Assembly: GCF_036971445.1 (NCBI RefSeq)
Contig: NC_091479.1
Coordinates: 80,228,001 to 80,292,000 of the forward strand
Source: Narcine bancroftii
Lineage: Eukaryota
DNA: 64,000 nt
Direction of reading: 5' to 3'
Below the pieces are notes generated by a model, which did not search any database, was not told where the DNA came from, and was given only the letters and a program-made list of their open reading frames with translations. The translations under genes and the position numbers were made by a program. Position 1 is the stretch's first letter. Each line of letters begins with the position of its first letter. Shown here in pieces: positions 60,032 to 64,000 of the stretch.

Positions 60032-62917
60032 AAAGGTGATGTAGAGTCCTTTGTTTTGTTCTCTGCACTTTTCTTGGAGCTGTCTGAGGGCAAAGACCAC
60101 GTCAGTAGTTCCTCTGTTTGCGCGAAAGCCACACTGTGATTCTGGGAGGACATTTTCGGCGACACTAGATATTAATCTATCAAGGAGAATCCTAGCAAAG
60201 ATTTTGCCTTCAATAGAGAGCAGCGTGATTCCCCTGTAGTTTGAGCAGTCTGATTTCTCGCCTTTGTTTTTGTACAGGGTGATGATGATGGCATCACGAA
60301 GGTCCTGAGGCAGTTTTCCTTGGTCCCAGCAGAGCATGAAAAACTCATGCAGTTTGGTATGCAGAGTTTTGCCGCCAGCCTTCCTCTGGGGGGATTCCAT
60401 CCATACCTGCTGCTTTGCCACTTTTCAGTTGTTCAATTGCCTTATATGTCTCTTCCCGGGTAAGGATCTCATCTAGCTCTAGCCTCAAGGGTTGTTGAGA
60501 GAGCTGGAGCAGGGCGGATTCTTGGACTGAGCGGTTGGCACTGAAAAGGGATTGGAAGTGTTCTGACCATTGATTGAGGATGGAGATCTTGTCACTGAGG
60601 AGGACTTCGCCATCTGAGCTGCGCAGAGGGCTTTGGACTTGGGGTGAGGGGCCGTACACCACCTTTAGTGTCTCATAAAAACCCCTGAAGTCGCCAGTGT
60701 CGGTGCTAAGCTGGGTTCGTTTGGCGAGGCTAGTCCACCACTCATTTTGGATCTCCCGGAGTTTGCGCTGAAGGTGGCTGCATGTGAGACGGAAGGCTTG
60801 TTTTTTTCTCTGGCCAGGAAGGCTTTTCAAGGTGATCCTGATGGGCAGATCTCTTCTTTGCCAGCAGCTCCTGGATTTTCTGGTTGTTTTCGTCAAACCA
60901 GTCCTTGTTTTTCCTGGAAGAGAAGCCCAGTACCTCTTCAGTGGATTGCAGTATGGCAGTTTTCAGCTGATCCCAGAGGTTTTCAGGAGACGTGTCTGTG
61001 AGGCGGATTGCATCCTCGAGCTTTGCTTGGAGGTTTGCCTGGAAGTTTCCTCTCACCATGTCTGACTGCAAGTTTCCAACATTGAACCTCTTTCTGGGGG
61101 CTCCACTGTTCTTGAACTTTGGCTTGAAGTGAAGGTTGAGCTTGCAGCGAACAAGCCGGTGGTCAGTGTGGCATTCCGCGCTGGGCATGACCCTGGTGTG
61201 GAGCACATCTCGTTTGTCTCTTCCTTGCACTAGAACGTAGTCCAGGAGGTGCCAGTGTTTGGATCGGGGATGCATCCAGGTAGTCTTCAGGCTGTCTCTC
61301 TGCTGGAAAAGGGTGTTAGTAATGACAAGCCGCTGTTCTGCGCAGAGTTCCATCAGGAGGCGCCCGTTGTCATTGCACTTGCCGACACAATGCTTGCCAA
61401 AGATTCCTGGCCAGGTTTCTGAGTCTTTGCCGACGCGAGCTTTGAATTCGCCAAGGATGACAACCTTGTCAGCTGTAGGGGTGCGTTGGATGAGGTTGCG
61501 CAGATCAGTGTAGAACTTGTCCTTTTCTGCTGGTTCCGCCTGAAGGGTTGGAGTATAGACATTGATGAGAGTGATACGTCGTTTGTTTTGAAGGGGGAGT
61601 CGCATGGACATGATCCGGTCAGAGTGGCCTTTGACACCTTGAGCAGGAAAGGGCCTCGGATGCCCCCCAAGTTCCTCAACATGGTTGTCCAACTGCACGA
61701 AAACCAACAAGGTCGGGTCAGATACAGCAATGAGCTCTCCGAACCCTTCTCCATTGACAACGACGTGAAGCAAGGCTGCGACCTCGCACCAACCCTCTTT
61801 ACTATCTTCTTCAGCATGATGCTGAAACAAGCCAATAAAGACCTCAACAATGAAGATGGTGTTTACATCTGGTACTGCACGGATGGCAGTCTTTTCAATC
61901 TGAGGCGCCTGCAAGCTCACACCAAGACACAAGAGCAACTTGTCCGTGAACTACTCTTTGCAAACGATGCCGCTTTAGTTGCCCATTCAGAGCCAGCTAT
62001 CCAGCGCATGACGTCCTGTTTTGCGGAAACTGCCAAAATGTTTGGCCTGGAAGTCAGCCTGACGAAAACTGAGGTCCTCCATCAGCCAGCTCCCCACCAT
62101 GACCACCAGCCCCCCCACATCTCCATCGGGCACACTGAACTCAAAACGGTCAACCAGTTTACCTACCTCGGCTGCACCATTTCATCTGATGCAAGAATCG
62201 ACAAAGAGATAGACAACAGACTCGCCAAGGCAAATAGCACCTTTGGAAGATTACACAAAAGAGTCTGGAAAAATAACCAACTGAAAAACCTCACAAAGAT
62301 AAGCGTATACAGAGCCGTTGTCATACCCACACTCCTGTTTGGCTCCGAATCATGGGTCCTCTACTGGCATCACCTACGGCTCCTAGAACGCTTCCATCAG
62401 CGCTGTCTCCGCTGCATCCTCAACATTCATTGGAATGACTTCATCACCAACATCGAAGTACTCGAGCTGGCAGTGTCCGCAAGCATCGAATCCATGCTGC
62501 TGAAGACCCAACTGCGCTGGGTGGGTCACGTCTCCAGAATGGAGGACCATCGCCTTCCTGAGCTCTCCACTGGCCACCGAGACAGAGGTGCACCAAACAA
62601 GAGGTACAAGGACTGCTTAAAGAAATCTCTTGGTGCCTGCCACATTGACCACCGCCAGTGGGCTGATCTCGCCTCCAACTGTGCATCTTGGTGCCTCACA
62701 GTTTGGCGGGCAGCAACCTCCTTTGACACCTCACTGACAAAAGACAAAGGAGGAAAAACCCAACACCCAACCCCAACCCACCAATTTTCCCTTGCAACCG
62801 CTACAACCGTGCCTGCCTGTCCCGCATCGGACTTGTCAGTCACCAATGAGCCTGCAGCAGACGTGGACATACCCCTCCATAAATCTTCGTCCGCAAAGCC
62901 AAGCCAAAGAAAGAAGA
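60032..62917. mobile_element. RTE-clade LINE with inverted 5' part (60032-61629 on -, 61626-62917 on +)
   Basis: Minus strand: EN (LINVYTPT, ILGEFKARVG, TWMHPRSKHWHLLDYVL, TDHRLV) through RT N-terminus (SNYRGITLLS, ESQCGFR). Plus strand: AFDT, KQGCDLAPTLF, LLFAND (catalytic motif degenerate), YLGCTIS, QLRWVGHVSRM. Confidence 0.92.
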
Positions 62918-63506
62918 AATAAATAGGGTAAATGCTATGTTACTGAGATTTTGAAAGCATATCTGACATCATTTCGAGGAGAGCTTTTTCAGGGATGGTA
63001 CTGGAAGGTCGGAGGGAATGTGATTGCTACTAGATACACAGAAGTAGTTGAGACTTGCTTGTTAGGGGTATTGATAAAACTGAGTTCCCAAATTGGTTTA
63101 TACCTATACTGAAACGATGCTTCTTTTTGATGCAGGGTCTCTACCTGTATAAAAGTTGACAATTCCTTACTCCCTCACAGATGCTGCTCGACCCACTGAT
63201 TTCAGATTTATTGCCAGAGTACATGCATAACATCACATCTGACCCTGAGATAATTTTTCCTGTGGGCGAGGCAAAATTACTACTTATTCATAGTGCAAAG
63301 AAAACTGTACACAACATAACATAACATATAAACAAATAAAGAACTATAAACAGATAATGAATGTAAACAAATTGTGTAATATAGAGAGAATTAAAAAAAA
63401 TAATTAAAGTGCACAAATAAGAGTCCTTAAATGAGTCCCTGATTGAGTTTGTTGTTGAGGAGTTTGATGGTGGAGGAAATCTGGTGGTGTAACTCTTGTG
63501 GCACCT

Positions 63507-64000
63507 TGATACATCATCAATTACCACAAAAGACTGACGTTGTAAAACTAATAGGCTTTTATTGATTATAGACTGGAGCAACAACCAGCTTCATCGACAG
63601 ATCATGACAGGAAGACTGGGAGCATGCTGTAATGGAAGATTCCAACCTGTTTTTTTAAACTTGCAGCTCTGGGATCTGCAAGGCTGAAAACCTACTTGTG
63701 TTTTAGAATCAGCAGACATAAGCTAAATTCCACCAAGGGGCCAGAGATGCTGTTATCTGACGAAAGGACATCTGTGTACCAAGAACCATTAATCTTCCTG
63801 CTTGTTTTGGTCACAGACTGTCAGAGGCCTAGCCTTGATGCAAAATAAACCATTGTATTCAAAGTGATAAGCTGAAAATTATGTTATTAATTAATAGCGT
63901 AGCATGCTAGCTTGCTTGCTTATCTTTCTTGCTGTGCTGGGAATAGGTGCTTGGGTAAGCAGTTTTTAGGTAATAAAAGTCATGGTCCCTCTGCTGAAGT
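63507..64000. mobile_element. Partial LTR related to 45506-45727, followed by a second LTR-like sequence running off the window
   Basis: TGATACATCATCAA..AAAACTAATAGGCTTTTATTGA..AGACTGGAG aligns with the solo LTR; TGTAAT at 63628 and a late AATAAA suggest a nested LTR. Confidence 0.45.

Noticed and set aside
61486-62922. 478-aa and overlapping antisense 398-aa ORFs as a novel bidirectional RT-nuclease gene pair
   Set aside because: Both read through the inversion junction of one RTE LINE; their N-termini are antisense sequence and the RT motif is degenerate (FAND).

Overview
This is eukaryotic, vertebrate DNA. The repeat content (CR1, V-SINE-like, Rex1/Babar, Penelope tails, L1/Tx1, RTE) suggests a cartilaginous fish, possibly a ray; the taxon is an inference. 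The only intact host genes I can reconstruct are two tandem + strand paralogues of a secreted dermatopontin-family, hemagglutinin/amebocyte-aggregation-factor (HAAF)-like protein. Gene A spans 19958-26810 (6 coding exons, 183 aa) and gene B spans 35821-46863 (5 coding exons, 173 aa). They lie in a tandem duplication (about 7890-33351 and 33348-55609) whose junction I can place at a TTAC microhomology. The rest is mostly decayed transposable elements. Main observations: (1) a Gypsy element with no tRNA PBS but a perfect 15-nt complement of its own LTR at the PBS position (self-priming candidate); (2) a ~2.2-kb intron about 99% identical between the paralogues, whose proteins are only ~74% identical, with differences clustered in equivalent loops of the three repeats; (3) in-frame loss of a 27-nt microexon in gene B; (4) an RTE LINE with twin-priming-type 5' inversion; (5) a locally templated inverted insertion. 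All counts and alignments were done by eye.
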